A stretch of 64,000 nucleotides of DNA from Melioribacteraceae bacterium (GTDB lineage: Bacteria; Bacteroidota; Ignavibacteria; Ignavibacteriales; Melioribacteraceae), in assembly GCA_022181065.1 (NCBI GenBank), contig BQMY01000080.1:22849-86848 (forward strand), read 5' to 3'. Positions 16,627-26,664 of the stretch are shown one piece after another. The translations under genes and the position numbers were made by a program. How positions within the stretch are numbered: the first letter of the stretch is position 1; every line of letters begins with the position of its first letter. The notes beneath the pieces are model-generated. The model was not told the DNA's origin. It made no database searches and saw nothing but the letters and a program-made list of their open reading frames with translations.

Positions 16627-19560
16627 ATGAATCCTAAAAATCTACACAGGATAACCGGATTTTTTGTTTTTTTGGTAACATCTATTGTTTATTTCATGAC
16701 GGTTCAACCGTCGGTATCATTTTGGGATTGTGGTGAGTTTATCGCTTCCGCCTATTCCATGCAGGTACCTCACCCGCCGGGAACCCCGTTTTTCCTTCTT
16801 ATCGGCAGACTTTTTTCCCTTATACCATTTGCTGAAAATATAGCATTCCGGGTAAATACGGTATCGGTTCTCACCAGTGCTTTTAATGTTCTCTTCCTCT
16901 ACCTCGTTGCGGTTAAACTGATTGAGAATTACAAAGGGAAAGCGAAAGATAACTTTGAAGCAATCATGACATACATTTCTGCCGCAATTGGCGCTTTATC
17001 ACTTGCGTTTGCGGATACATACTGGTTTAACGCTGTTGAAGCTGAAGTTTATGCGAGTTCAGTATTTTTCATCGGTTTTGTTACATGGTTGATAATGTTG
17101 TGGAATGAAAAAGCTGATGATCAGGATAATGAAAAGTATATTATAATGATTTTTTACCTGATTGGTATCTCCACGGGTGTTCACTTGATGGCGGTTCTCG
17201 CGATTGTTCCGGTGGTGATGATAATTATGTTCAGAAAGTTCATCACCGATGATGAAATGTTAAAACAATCAGGTTTTATCTTTTTGGGTAATGCCGCTTT
17301 GGCGCTGCTGGTCGCGATTGCCAAATGGGCTGGTGAAACCGCGAGTACAAATCCGTCTCCCGAGGTTTACAAAGATTTTGATCAAAGTTTTCTTGTTATT
17401 CAGGTAATAGTATCCGTGGTTTATATCGCGCTCTTCTACAAAAAAGTTCTTAACAGGAATTCATTCTATCTTCCTATTATTGTTGGTGGTATAGCTCTAG
17501 TTCTCACCTACCCCGGAATGGTAAAATATATCCCGAATATGCTCGCCGCAATTGGAGGAAACGATATTTATATTGACATCTTCATATTGCTGTTGATGTT
17601 TGCCGTGATTGTTTACGCAATCTACTGGAGTGGTAAAGAAAACAAAGGTACAATAAATCTTGTGGCAAAAGCAGCTTTATTTGCCATTATCGGGTTTACC
17701 TCATACACCACCATAATTTTGAGAGCAAATCAGGATACTCCTATAAATCTGAACAGTCCCAAAACTGTAACCGAAGTTGTATCGTACCTCAACAGGGAAC
17801 AGTATGGTGATTTCCCTACATTCCAGAGAAGATATTCGGCAGAACCTCATCAGAGAGTTGTTTTCAATAATTACGATAGTGATCTTGATTTCTGGTGGAC
17901 TTATCAGATGGATCATATGTTCATCCGTTATTTGCAGTGGAATTATATTGGACGCGAATCTACAGTGCAGGACGCGATGGTTGACTGGTCCGACTTGTAC
18001 GGGATTCCGTTTTTCATAGGATTGCTCGGATTATATTTCCACTTCAGGAAGGATTGGAAAATGGCATCCGCGTTCCTGGTGATGTTTATATTCCTCGGAT
18101 TTTTAACAGCCTTTTACCAGAATCAGCAACAGCCCCAGCCGAGGGAGCGTGATTACTTCTATGTGGGGGCGTTTTTCGTTTACTCCATCTGGATCGCCCT
18201 TGGAGTAAGGGGGTTGATCGACCTCGCCGGCACATTTCTTAAACAGAGTAACGCATACAATACTGTGGCAGCGGGTATCGCACTCATATTATTTGTTGGT
18301 GTTCCGGTAAACATGTTGAGTAATAACTTCTTTGAACATGATCGTTCAAGAAACTATGTTCCGTGGGATTATTCATACAACATGCTCCAGAGTGTTGAAC
18401 AGAACGCGATAATTTTCACCAACGGTGATAATGATACATTCCCTCTCTGGTATTTGCAGGATGTAGAAGGTGTAAGGCGTGATGTAAGAATAGCCAACCT
18501 TTCTCTGTTGAACACCGAGTGGTATATAAAACAATTGAAAAATACAACTCCTTACGATACAGATCCTATACCTATGAGTCTGACCGATGCCGATGTCAAC
18601 AGGATAGGTCCTTCAAGGTGGGAACCAAGACAAATATCGGTTCCCGTACCGGAAAATGTTTATGAGAAATATGGAATTTCGGATACTTCGCTCATAAACC
18701 AGGGCACAATTGACTGGACTATGAAGAATACAATACAGTTCGGTGATATTAAAGCAATAAGAGTTCAGGATATAGTTGCCCTGGATATAATTCGCGCAAA
18801 TAACTGGAAACGACCAATTTATTTTGCGGTAACTGTATCGGATGATTCGCGTATCGGACTCACCCACTATTTGAAAATGGAAGGTATGGCTTTAAGGGTT
18901 ACACCGGAACCACTACGCGAATTCAACAAACGTGTGAATGAACCGGTATTGAGAGCCCAGTTGTTTGATGATGGCGAAGAAATAAGCAGGGATTATCGCC
19001 CCGGATTCCGATTCAGAGGTTTGAATGACAGTACAATCTTTTTTGATGAAAATCATGAACGTTTGACCCAGAACTACAGAAACGCGTTTATGCGTTTGTC
19101 TCTCCATTATCTTTATGAGTTGAAAGACTATGATATGGTTCTTAAAACTCTTGACGAGATGGAAGAAAAAATGCCACGTAACGTTATAGCGATGGATTAC
19201 AGATTACTCCATGATGTAGGTAACATTATTTACGCTGTTGTTGACAGTGTTGAAGATAGTGACGCCGCATGGCAGAAATATCTTTCTGTCGCGAGAGATG
19301 TGGAACAAAACGCCTGGGCAAGGATGGAAACTAATCCGCGCGATGTATCGAACCGTTATAGCCCGTACATCATACTCAGGGATATTTATGAAAGCACAAA
19401 AGAGTGGGATAAACTCGTAGATGTTTTTGAACGTTTATCGCAGATTGTGCCTAATGATCCTGGTGTACAAGAGGCTCTTACAAGATATCGGGCAATGGCA
19501 AGAATTCAGAATAATGCCGGAAAGCCTGAGGTTGAAAAACCTGAAATAGAGATTGAATAG
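16627..19560 (+). CDS. DUF2723 (TMEM260-like, GT-C fold) membrane protein
   Basis: 977 aa. The N-terminus (SVSFWDCGEFIASAYSMQVPHPPGTPFFLLIGR) is characteristic of the family. Many TM helices are followed by a soluble C-terminal domain. SD is GAGGAG. Confidence 0.8.
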   Translation: MNPKNLHRITGFFVFLVTSIVYFMTVQPSVSFWDCGEFIASAYSMQVPHPPGTPFFLLIGRLFSLIPFAENIAFRVNTVSVLTSAFNVLFLYLVAVKLIENYKGKAKDNFEAIMTYISAAIGALSLAFADTYWFNAVEAEVYASSVFFIGFVTWLIMLWNEKADDQDNEKYIIMIFYLIGISTGVHLMAVLAIVPVVMIIMFRKFITDDEMLKQSGFIFLGNAALALLVAIAKWAGETASTNPSPEVYKDFDQSFLVIQVIVSVVYIALFYKKVLNRNSFYLPIIVGGIALVLTYPGMVKYIPNMLAAIGGNDIYIDIFILLLMFAVIVYAIYWSGKENKGTINLVAKAALFAIIGFTSYTTIILRANQDTPINLNSPKTVTEVVSYLNREQYGDFPTFQRRYSAEPHQRVVFNNYDSDLDFWWTYQMDHMFIRYLQWNYIGRESTVQDAMVDWSDLYGIPFFIGLLGLYFHFRKDWKMASAFLVMFIFLGFLTAFYQNQQQPQPRERDYFYVGAFFVYSIWIALGVRGLIDLAGTFLKQSNAYNTVAAGIALILFVGVPVNMLSNNFFEHDRSRNYVPWDYSYNMLQSVEQNAIIFTNGDNDTFPLWYLQDVEGVRRDVRIANLSLLNTEWYIKQLKNTTPYDTDPIPMSLTDADVNRIGPSRWEPRQISVPVPENVYEKYGISDTSLINQGTIDWTMKNTIQFGDIKAIRVQDIVALDIIRANNWKRPIYFAVTVSDDSRIGLTHYLKMEGMALRVTPEPLREFNKRVNEPVLRAQLFDDGEEISRDYRPGFRFRGLNDSTIFFDENHERLTQNYRNAFMRLSLHYLYELKDYDMVLKTLDEMEEKMPRNVIAMDYRLLHDVGNIIYAVVDSVEDSDAAWQKYLSVARDVEQNAWARMETNPRDVSNRYSPYIILRDIYESTKEWDKLVDVFERLSQIVPNDPGVQEALTRYRAMARIQNNAGKPEVEKPEIEIE

Positions 19561-19566
19561 TTTTTA

Positions 19567-19597
19567 GTGCCGGGATTTTATTCCCGGCATTTTTTTA
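19567..19597 (+). terminator. rho-independent terminator
   Basis: gccggga-tttta-ttcccggc followed by a T-run, directly after the DUF2723 stop. Confidence 0.8.
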
Positions 19598-19682
19598 CTT
19601 AAAAGCTAACCTGATTTAATTATATTGAGTTAAATTAATTGTTTCTCAAGTCGATAATTTTAATGTATAAGACCGATCTGAT

Positions 19683-22600
19683 TTGAAGAAAACTGCCAAC
19701 ATATTATTGATTTTAATTATTACACCGATTTTCCTCAGCGCTCAATATTTCGTTGAAGAATACCTCGATCTTCATAACCCTACCAATAATTTTATTTTTG
19801 AACAATGGACCACCGATAACGGGTTACCACAAAATTCTATTAATTCAATTATGCAATCAGAAGACCACTACATGTGGTTTGCGACATTTAATGGTTTAGT
19901 CAGGTTTGACGGGCATTCATTTAAAATTTTTACTTCTGAAAATACCCGGTTTTTGAAAACAAACAGAATTATTAAGCTGCTGCAGGATAATGAAAATAGA
20001 ATGTGGATCACCAGCGAGGATAACAATATTTTCAGGCGCGACGGTGAGGAAGTAGTCAATTTAAGAGAAAAATTCAACATTCGCGAAGACTTCACTTATA
20101 TGATAACAACCGGAATACCGGGTGAAATATACATTACCAGTTATAATAAAGCATTCAGATATTTTGATGATACCATCACAGAGATCACTTTTGACAATTA
20201 TTTTACCACAGGGTCGATACTTAATGTTTTTACTGATATTGACAGTACAACATATTTTTGCTTTGGTGATATTACATTAACATACAAAGATGGGGTGATT
20301 GAGCATTTTAAGCAGGGCGGAAGCGTTGGTTATTACAAGATATTCAGGGATAGCAGGAACAAACTCTGGTTTGCCGGTGAAAAGGGTCTATACTATTTGG
20401 AAAATAACAAAATTGTCCCGGTCGAGGAGCTAAATAACCGGATAAAAGTAAGCGTCATTGAAATCAATGAAGACGAAAATGGTGTTTTATGGATCGGTAC
20501 CGCTACCGAGGGACTCTATTTTATAAAAAATGATCAACTCTTCAAATTCAATCAGCCGGGATTTCAGTATTCTGAGATAACGAGCATATTTCGTGATATT
20601 GAAGGGAATATGTGGGTGGGAACCAAAACACAGGGATTGCTGAAATTCCGTGAGAAGGCTATCTTTTTTCTGCTCGATTTTCCTGACTACCAGTCGAATA
20701 GCATTTGTCCAATTAGTCAGCTTGAAGACGGTAGTATTGTAATAGGAGGCGCGTGCTCGGGTTTAACCATTCTTAAAAACAGTACTATACGCAACCTTAA
20801 TGAGGAGCAGGGTTTAGTTAATACCTGTGTCTGGTCGCTGCTGGAAACATCGGCAGGTGACCTTTATGTTGGTACATTTGGCGGTGGGATCTATTTATTT
20901 GACAGATATCAGGAGCGGTTTTATAACCTGAAACAAATTGATGATTACGCTATTTTTTCAATTATTGAAGATAGAGCAAAAAATATCTGGTTTGGCGGTA
21001 TAAAAGGTGTTTACAAAATGAGAGGCGATAATATCGTTCATTTTGATACAACTGATGGTCTCGCCGGATTGGATACAAAACAAGTTTATGAAGCCTCAAA
21101 TGGTGATATATGGTTTGCCTCTACCGGTGGCGTCAGCAAATGGGATGGGAAACAATTCACCAAATTAACTCAAAAAGATGGCTTGTCGCATCAGCTTGTC
21201 CGATCCATATATGAAGATGAATTCCAACGAATGTGGTTTGGAACTTATGGCGGTGGACTTAATGTATATGATGGCGAAATAATTGTAGTGCTTGATAAGG
21301 ATTCCGGACTTGAGAGTGATATAGTTTCCGCAATTATTGAAGACGACTACGGACGAATATGGTTTACCAGTAATACTGCTCTATCCAGCGTGGCGAAAGA
21401 GGACGTTTTTCGATTCATCGAGGGAAAGAGTGATGTTATTTCTTGTGTGAAATATCTAAAAAGTGACGGGTTAAACGTAACTGAATTTAACGGCGGTTTT
21501 TCTCCCTCCGGACTTAAAGCCACAGATGGTACAATCTGGTTCCCTACAATAAATGGTGTTACTATTGTAAAACCGGATCGACTTAAAAAAAGCACCAAAA
21601 TTGCAAAACTATTGATTGAAGAAGTTGAAATTGATTCACTCATCATTGAAAATCCAACAAATATAACTATTGACCCCGATTTTGACAGAATCGAAATCAA
21701 ATATACATCGCTCAGTTTTCGTTCACCCCATAATGTAAAATTCAGAACAAAGCTGGAAGGCATTGATGAAAATTGGAGTGAAGAGACTTCAGCACGCAGT
21801 ATATACTATAATTATCTACCATCTGGTAATTATACTTTCAAGCTGATGGGTACTAATAGTGATGGTGTCTGGAGCGATGAGGTAAAAAGCTTCTCCTTAA
21901 CTATTAAAGCACGGTTCTACGAAACATTTTATTTCTATTTCATTTCATTTATTGTTCTACTGGCGATAATATCACTAATTTACTATTATCGGATTGTATC
22001 ACTCCGAAAACAGGCAAAACTTCTTGAAGAAATGGTGAATTCCAAAACAAGGGATTTGAGAAAAGAGAAACTTAAACTGGAAGAACTGCTGGTTGAAGTT
22101 GGCGATGCCAAAGAAAAAATTGAGCTGCAGAATAATCAGCTTGAGGAACTCAACTCGGCAAAAGATACTTTCTTTTCCGTGATTTCACATGACCTCAAAA
22201 ACCCGTTTAACGCTCTTCTTGGATATACAGAATTTCTTTTGTCGGGTTATGATGAGATGGAAGAGGATGAAGTAGTAGGGATTATCGAGGATATAAAATC
22301 AACATCCCGTGCAACTTACAATCTGCTTGCGAATCTTTTGGAGTGGGCTAATTCTCAAACCGGAAATCTTGAGATCAGTATTCAAAAGACAGATTTATAT
22401 GAGATTGTTAAAGAGAATGTACTTGTTGTGACTTCTTCCGCCAGGCAGAAAAATATAACTATTAATTTTGACCACAAACCAATGTCTGCCTATTGTGATG
22501 AAACCTCTATTTCTACTGTTGTACGGAATATTATCTCCAACTCAATTAAATTCACACCCAGGGATGGTTTTATCGATGTAAGGCTGGATGAGAGCGAAAC

Positions 22601-22835
22601 TCAATGTTTTGTAATGATTCGGGATACCGGTATTGGAATGGAACTTCAAAAAGTGACTAATCTGTTCAAGCTCGAAGGCAGGAGAAGTACTTTAGGAACC
22701 GAAAAAGAAGCTGGTACCGGTTTGGGGTTAATTATAGCTAAAGAGTTTGTTGACAAAAACGGTGGTTCAATTTCAGTCACAAGTGAACCCGGAAAAGGAA
22801 CTGAATTTATTATCACTCTGCCAAAAGCTAATTAA
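19683..22835 (+). CDS. sensor histidine kinase with periplasmic two-component-regulator propeller/Y_Y_Y domains
   Basis: Signal peptide and repeated (W/F)(F/I)(A/G)T..GL propeller motifs, then one TM helix, a coiled coil, an H-box (SVISHDLKNP) and a HATPase domain (DTGIGM, GTGLGL). No receiver or HTH domain is present. Confidence 0.85.
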   Translation: MKKTANILLILIITPIFLSAQYFVEEYLDLHNPTNNFIFEQWTTDNGLPQNSINSIMQSEDHYMWFATFNGLVRFDGHSFKIFTSENTRFLKTNRIIKLLQDNENRMWITSEDNNIFRRDGEEVVNLREKFNIREDFTYMITTGIPGEIYITSYNKAFRYFDDTITEITFDNYFTTGSILNVFTDIDSTTYFCFGDITLTYKDGVIEHFKQGGSVGYYKIFRDSRNKLWFAGEKGLYYLENNKIVPVEELNNRIKVSVIEINEDENGVLWIGTATEGLYFIKNDQLFKFNQPGFQYSEITSIFRDIEGNMWVGTKTQGLLKFREKAIFFLLDFPDYQSNSICPISQLEDGSIVIGGACSGLTILKNSTIRNLNEEQGLVNTCVWSLLETSAGDLYVGTFGGGIYLFDRYQERFYNLKQIDDYAIFSIIEDRAKNIWFGGIKGVYKMRGDNIVHFDTTDGLAGLDTKQVYEASNGDIWFASTGGVSKWDGKQFTKLTQKDGLSHQLVRSIYEDEFQRMWFGTYGGGLNVYDGEIIVVLDKDSGLESDIVSAIIEDDYGRIWFTSNTALSSVAKEDVFRFIEGKSDVISCVKYLKSDGLNVTEFNGGFSPSGLKATDGTIWFPTINGVTIVKPDRLKKSTKIAKLLIEEVEIDSLIIENPTNITIDPDFDRIEIKYTSLSFRSPHNVKFRTKLEGIDENWSEETSARSIYYNYLPSGNYTFKLMGTNSDGVWSDEVKSFSLTIKARFYETFYFYFISFIVLLAIISLIYYYRIVSLRKQAKLLEEMVNSKTRDLRKEKLKLEELLVEVGDAKEKIELQNNQLEELNSAKDTFFSVISHDLKNPFNALLGYTEFLLSGYDEMEEDEVVGIIEDIKSTSRATYNLLANLLEWANSQTGNLEISIQKTDLYEIVKENVLVVTSSARQKNITINFDHKPMSAYCDETSISTVVRNIISNSIKFTPRDGFIDVRLDESETQCFVMIRDTGIGMELQKVTNLFKLEGRRSTLGTEKEAGTGLGLIIAKEFVDKNGGSISVTSEPGKGTEFIITLPKAN

Positions 22836-23952
22836 AACCAAGGATAGTTCGCCTGACTCCCGAATCAGATTCAAGAAATTCACCTAAATGAAATAATGAA
22901 TAAGTCCCACCAAATTCCTTTTGAAGGAATATCATTTCTGGCACCGTATATATATAAATTTCTATTGACGGGATGATATCAACTTTGCTGGTTTTCGCCA
23001 GACCTTTCATATACTTTTCAAAATATTGCAAATCAGTATTAAGTATTTCCGAATACAACATTGGTGATAGTATATCGGCATATTTACTGATCTCTGTTAT
23101 GTCCTGACCGGTTGCAAAAGTCATGATGTTTTTATTTGATGGCAGATAAGGTACGATATTGACAGAAATTTGTGTTTTCGGTGAAATTCTATCGCGTGAA
23201 TCCCTGATTAGCGATAACACACGAGATATAGTTTTGCTTCGCCATTCCAGATATATTTTTCTTCCAATTCCAAACGCGTAGTCATGCATATCGATATAGT
23301 TTTTAAGTTTCCTACCGGAGTAGTTCGCGAAACTTTTCTGGCATCTTTCACAGTAACAGAACACCCGACTTGTATCTCCCGGAGCAGTTATCCCTTGTTC
23401 TTCCCAAAAGTACTGAAACCGCAAAAAGTCAATATGTATTATTTCAGGTTTAAATATACTCAGTACTTCCTCAAGAAGTAATAAGCGGTTGTTGATAAAA
23501 TTGGTGTCGTTTGGGCATGCCAGACTTTGCCAGTCGGTTGACCTGTCATCACCATATTGATCAGCTTGCTTTAGTGAATCGGGAATCGTCGGGGAATAGA
23601 AAAATTGAAAGATAATCGAATAATCAAAACCATGTTCATCCAGTTTTTTGAATACTGAATTGAGACCGGGGGAGTTTGGATTAAATTCGAGGTATTTGCT
23701 GTGGAAGTTTGCCTTATCGCTTTCGTGCGACAGAAACATAAAATGATTAATTCCCGCTTCTTTCAGGGTATCGAGGTAAGTTAAACCCGAATCTCCACTC
23801 GCGAAAAAAACGGAAGTCGTTTTGTCATTAAAATAGCATTTAAAAGCCTTGACGGGGCTATCAATTAGTGGAGAGATTGTAGTGTATAGCATATAACCCG
23901 CTATCAAAACGAAACCTATTTTGTAAACAACTGTATCGGTAAACTTCTTCAT
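22828..23952 (-). CDS. hypothetical membrane-anchored protein, possibly a glycoside-hydrolase-like TIM barrel
   Basis: 374 aa with an N-terminal TM helix. The IHIDFLRF...CYCERCQ pattern resembles GHL-type hypothetical glycosidases, but recognition is weak. Its start abuts the manA stop. Confidence 0.35.
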   Translation of the reverse strand: MKKFTDTVVYKIGFVLIAGYMLYTTISPLIDSPVKAFKCYFNDKTTSVFFASGDSGLTYLDTLKEAGINHFMFLSHESDKANFHSKYLEFNPNSPGLNSVFKKLDEHGFDYSIIFQFFYSPTIPDSLKQADQYGDDRSTDWQSLACPNDTNFINNRLLLLEEVLSIFKPEIIHIDFLRFQYFWEEQGITAPGDTSRVFCYCERCQKSFANYSGRKLKNYIDMHDYAFGIGRKIYLEWRSKTISRVLSLIRDSRDRISPKTQISVNIVPYLPSNKNIMTFATGQDITEISKYADILSPMLYSEILNTDLQYFEKYMKGLAKTSKVDIIPSIEIYIYTVPEMIFLQKEFGGTYSLFHLGEFLESDSGVRRTILGFN

Positions 23953-25146
23953 CTAAGGAATATCCACGATGAATAACTCAGTATTTTCGGTAGTTATCAT
24001 TCTATATTTTCCAACCTCGGCAGGTAAAATGAAGGAATCACCGTTATGATATGAAAATCTCTCACCATTTGTCTTCAAGATTATCTTTCCCGAAAGTAGC
24101 AAAATTGTTTTGATTTTTCCTGATGTATCAAGGTTTATTTGTTCGGAATCTTGTGTTAATACTCTTGATAATGAAAATTCCTCAGCCGGTGTTTTATATC
24201 CAAACATATTTTTTGCTTCAGGTTGCAGGATATTGGGAGCAGTGTAGCTTGTATCGAGAATTTTTACAAGTGTATCAATATCTTTGAATTTTGGAGTTAA
24301 TCCGGCACGGACAACATTATCCGATGTTGCCATACATTCAACTATATCACCACAAAGATAGGCATGCGGCACGCCCGCGGGAGTAAAAAAAGCCTCACCC
24401 TTCTTCAGGTGTACTAAATTGAAAAAAAAGAGTGCGAGCAACCCGGGATCAAAACCGTACTCTTCAAATTCCCTTAAAAAAACTTCCTCGATATATTCGG
24501 GGTTACTTTTTTCCTTGATCAATTTCAGGATTTGAGAGATTACTTTTTCAAGTTTTTCTGTTTCAATAAAGAGAATAGAATTATAAAGAGTGCCCCTTTC
24601 GGCGTCTGTGAATTGCTCTTCATTATTGAGCGAAACACCCGGTTGACCCTCCAGAACAGAAGTGAAAACGGGGTAATCTTCGAGCAGCTTTTTAATCTCT
24701 CTTTTATTTTTCAGACCTGCCAACGCTTTTAATTCGGTAAATGCGATCGCGATTTCCGGTTTATGGTTGTCATCAGGGTATTTGTCGGGCGCGATTATAT
24801 TCAATGCGCAAGCGGCGGCCTTATCGGGGTGCGTCTGGATTGAGAGTGCTTTCCCGATTGACAAAATTTTCAGGAGATAAGGAAGATTTTCGCCAAAATT
24901 TTCTACAACTTCTTTACCGAGAATATTTTCGGGCGCTGATTTAATAAACTCTTCCAGTAAAACCAGGTCGCCGTTGAGTTCAATACGTGACGGGAGTTTA
25001 GGATGAGTGCCGATCCAGAATTCAGCGTACGGGGTATTACTATCTGCTTCTACTCCCGCCAGTGAGGGAATAACCGAGTCGTTTCCCTTTTTCCCCCAGG
25101 CGTAATTTTGAATCCGGTTTATCAGCTTATACGGTCGTTTATACAT
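23953..25146 (-). CDS. manA: mannose-6-phosphate isomerase, class I
   Basis: YAWG, FWIGTHP, LSIQTHPDK and VRAGLTPKF motifs. Confidence 0.9.
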   Translation of the reverse strand: MYKRPYKLINRIQNYAWGKKGNDSVIPSLAGVEADSNTPYAEFWIGTHPKLPSRIELNGDLVLLEEFIKSAPENILGKEVVENFGENLPYLLKILSIGKALSIQTHPDKAAACALNIIAPDKYPDDNHKPEIAIAFTELKALAGLKNKREIKKLLEDYPVFTSVLEGQPGVSLNNEEQFTDAERGTLYNSILFIETEKLEKVISQILKLIKEKSNPEYIEEVFLREFEEYGFDPGLLALFFFNLVHLKKGEAFFTPAGVPHAYLCGDIVECMATSDNVVRAGLTPKFKDIDTLVKILDTSYTAPNILQPEAKNMFGYKTPAEEFSLSRVLTQDSEQINLDTSGKIKTILLLSGKIILKTNGERFSYHNGDSFILPAEVGKYRMITTENTELFIVDIP

Positions 25147-25308
25147 ATAAATTTCATTTTTTTATGAAACTTAAAAAAAAAGAATGAGAGTATGTAATTA
25201 AAGTATAAAAGGGTATAATAAAAACTTTCTAATTATTTTCACATGTTGAAAAATTAATTAGCAATCGCGAAAAAACATGGTATATTTGTCCCGTTCAATT
25301 TTAATGAT

Positions 25309-25337
25309 TTGACATTAACTGTTAATTCAATTAAAAT
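25309..25337 (+). promoter_or_regulatory. candidate sigma-70 promoter
   Basis: TTGACA (25309-25314), a 17-nt spacer, then TAAAAT (25332-25337), about 60 nt upstream of the AAGGAGG SD and the ATG at 25399. Confidence 0.45.
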
Positions 25338-25398
25338 AAAAAGTTGTATTAATCGGGGTGGCTCCGGTGTTTATCATTTTATATAAGGAGGTAATAAA

Positions 25399-26442
25399 AT
25401 GCCTGATAAAAAAGATTATCTGAAAAAAGTTGTTGAGCATATTGATATCAAAGAACATAATGTTGTTCCGATTGTTGAGAGTATGTCAAAAATGGCGTTC
25501 AGCGCTAGGGATCTGAGCAGAGCGGCTGAAATTTATGACAGAATGCTAGCCGATAAAGATTCTGCGGTTATTCTCACTCTTGCCGGAAGTTTATTCAGTG
25601 CGGGATTAAAAAAAATTGTGCATGATATGATCACTAATAACATGGTTGACGCAATTGTTTCTACCGGAGCGATTATGGTTGATCAGGATTTCTTTGAGGC
25701 ACTTGGTTTCAAACACTATCAAGGTACTCCTTTTGTTGATGATAATGAATTACGCGATCTGCATATCGACCGAATTTACGATACTTACATAGATGAAGAT
25801 GAATTAAGGATCTGCGATGATACTACAGGACAGATTTTTGACAGCATGGAACCAAAACCATATTCTTCACGCGAGTTTTTGTGGCAGTTTGGTAAATATC
25901 TTGAAGAAAATGGCGGACCAAAGGTAGATGATAGCGTTGTTTATGCTGCGTATAAACACAATGTACCAATTTTTGTGCCCGCGTTTTCCGATTGTTCTGC
26001 CGGATTCGGGTTTGTTGTTCACCAGACAAAAAATACTGATAACCATGTATCCGTTGATTCGGCGAAAGATTTTCTTGAATTGACAAAAATTAAACTTAAC
26101 AGCAAAGAGACCGGTATTTTCATGATTGGTGGTGGTGTACCCAAAAACTTCACACAGGATATAGTTGTTGCTGCAGATATTCTTCAGGAAGATGCTCCCA
26201 TGCATAAATACGCCATTCAGATCACTGTCGCTGATGAACGTGATGGCGCGCTTTCAGGCTCTACATTAAAAGAAGCAAGCTCATGGGGTAAGGTTGAAAC
26301 TACTTTTGAGCAGATGGTTTACAGCGAGGCTACTCTCGCGCTTCCTCTTATCGCCGGTTATGCCTATCACAAAGGTTCATGGAAAAACCGCAAGAAACAT
26401 GAATTTTCAAAACTATACCAGAAAGAAGCGGCGACTGTATAA
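25399..26442 (+). CDS. deoxyhypusine synthase-like protein
   Basis: 347 aa with LAGSLFSAGL, STGAIMVDQD, GGGVPKNF and SEATLALPL motifs typical of the DHS family. Confidence 0.85.
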   Translation: MPDKKDYLKKVVEHIDIKEHNVVPIVESMSKMAFSARDLSRAAEIYDRMLADKDSAVILTLAGSLFSAGLKKIVHDMITNNMVDAIVSTGAIMVDQDFFEALGFKHYQGTPFVDDNELRDLHIDRIYDTYIDEDELRICDDTTGQIFDSMEPKPYSSREFLWQFGKYLEENGGPKVDDSVVYAAYKHNVPIFVPAFSDCSAGFGFVVHQTKNTDNHVSVDSAKDFLELTKIKLNSKETGIFMIGGGVPKNFTQDIVVAADILQEDAPMHKYAIQITVADERDGALSGSTLKEASSWGKVETTFEQMVYSEATLALPLIAGYAYHKGSWKNRKKHEFSKLYQKEAATV

Positions 26443-26455
26443 TATCTAAAAGCTT

Positions 26456-26486
26456 AAAAATCCCGCTCCGAGCGGGATTTTTTTTA
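26456..26486 (+). terminator. rho-independent terminator
   Basis: atcccgct-ccg-agcgggat followed by a run of 8 T. Confidence 0.85.
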
Positions 26487-26664
26487 CCGCTATTTAATTT
26501 AAAATTAAAATTCCAAAATGTTCACTTTCAGATTTCGTTTTATTCTTGCTATTGGGATAACAGGTCTGTATATTTTAACGGGCTAAATAGACGGGTGAAA
26601 TATTCTAACTGACTCAATTCCTGTTTACTTCACTCAGGGCATTTAAAATATATGAGGAGTAAAT

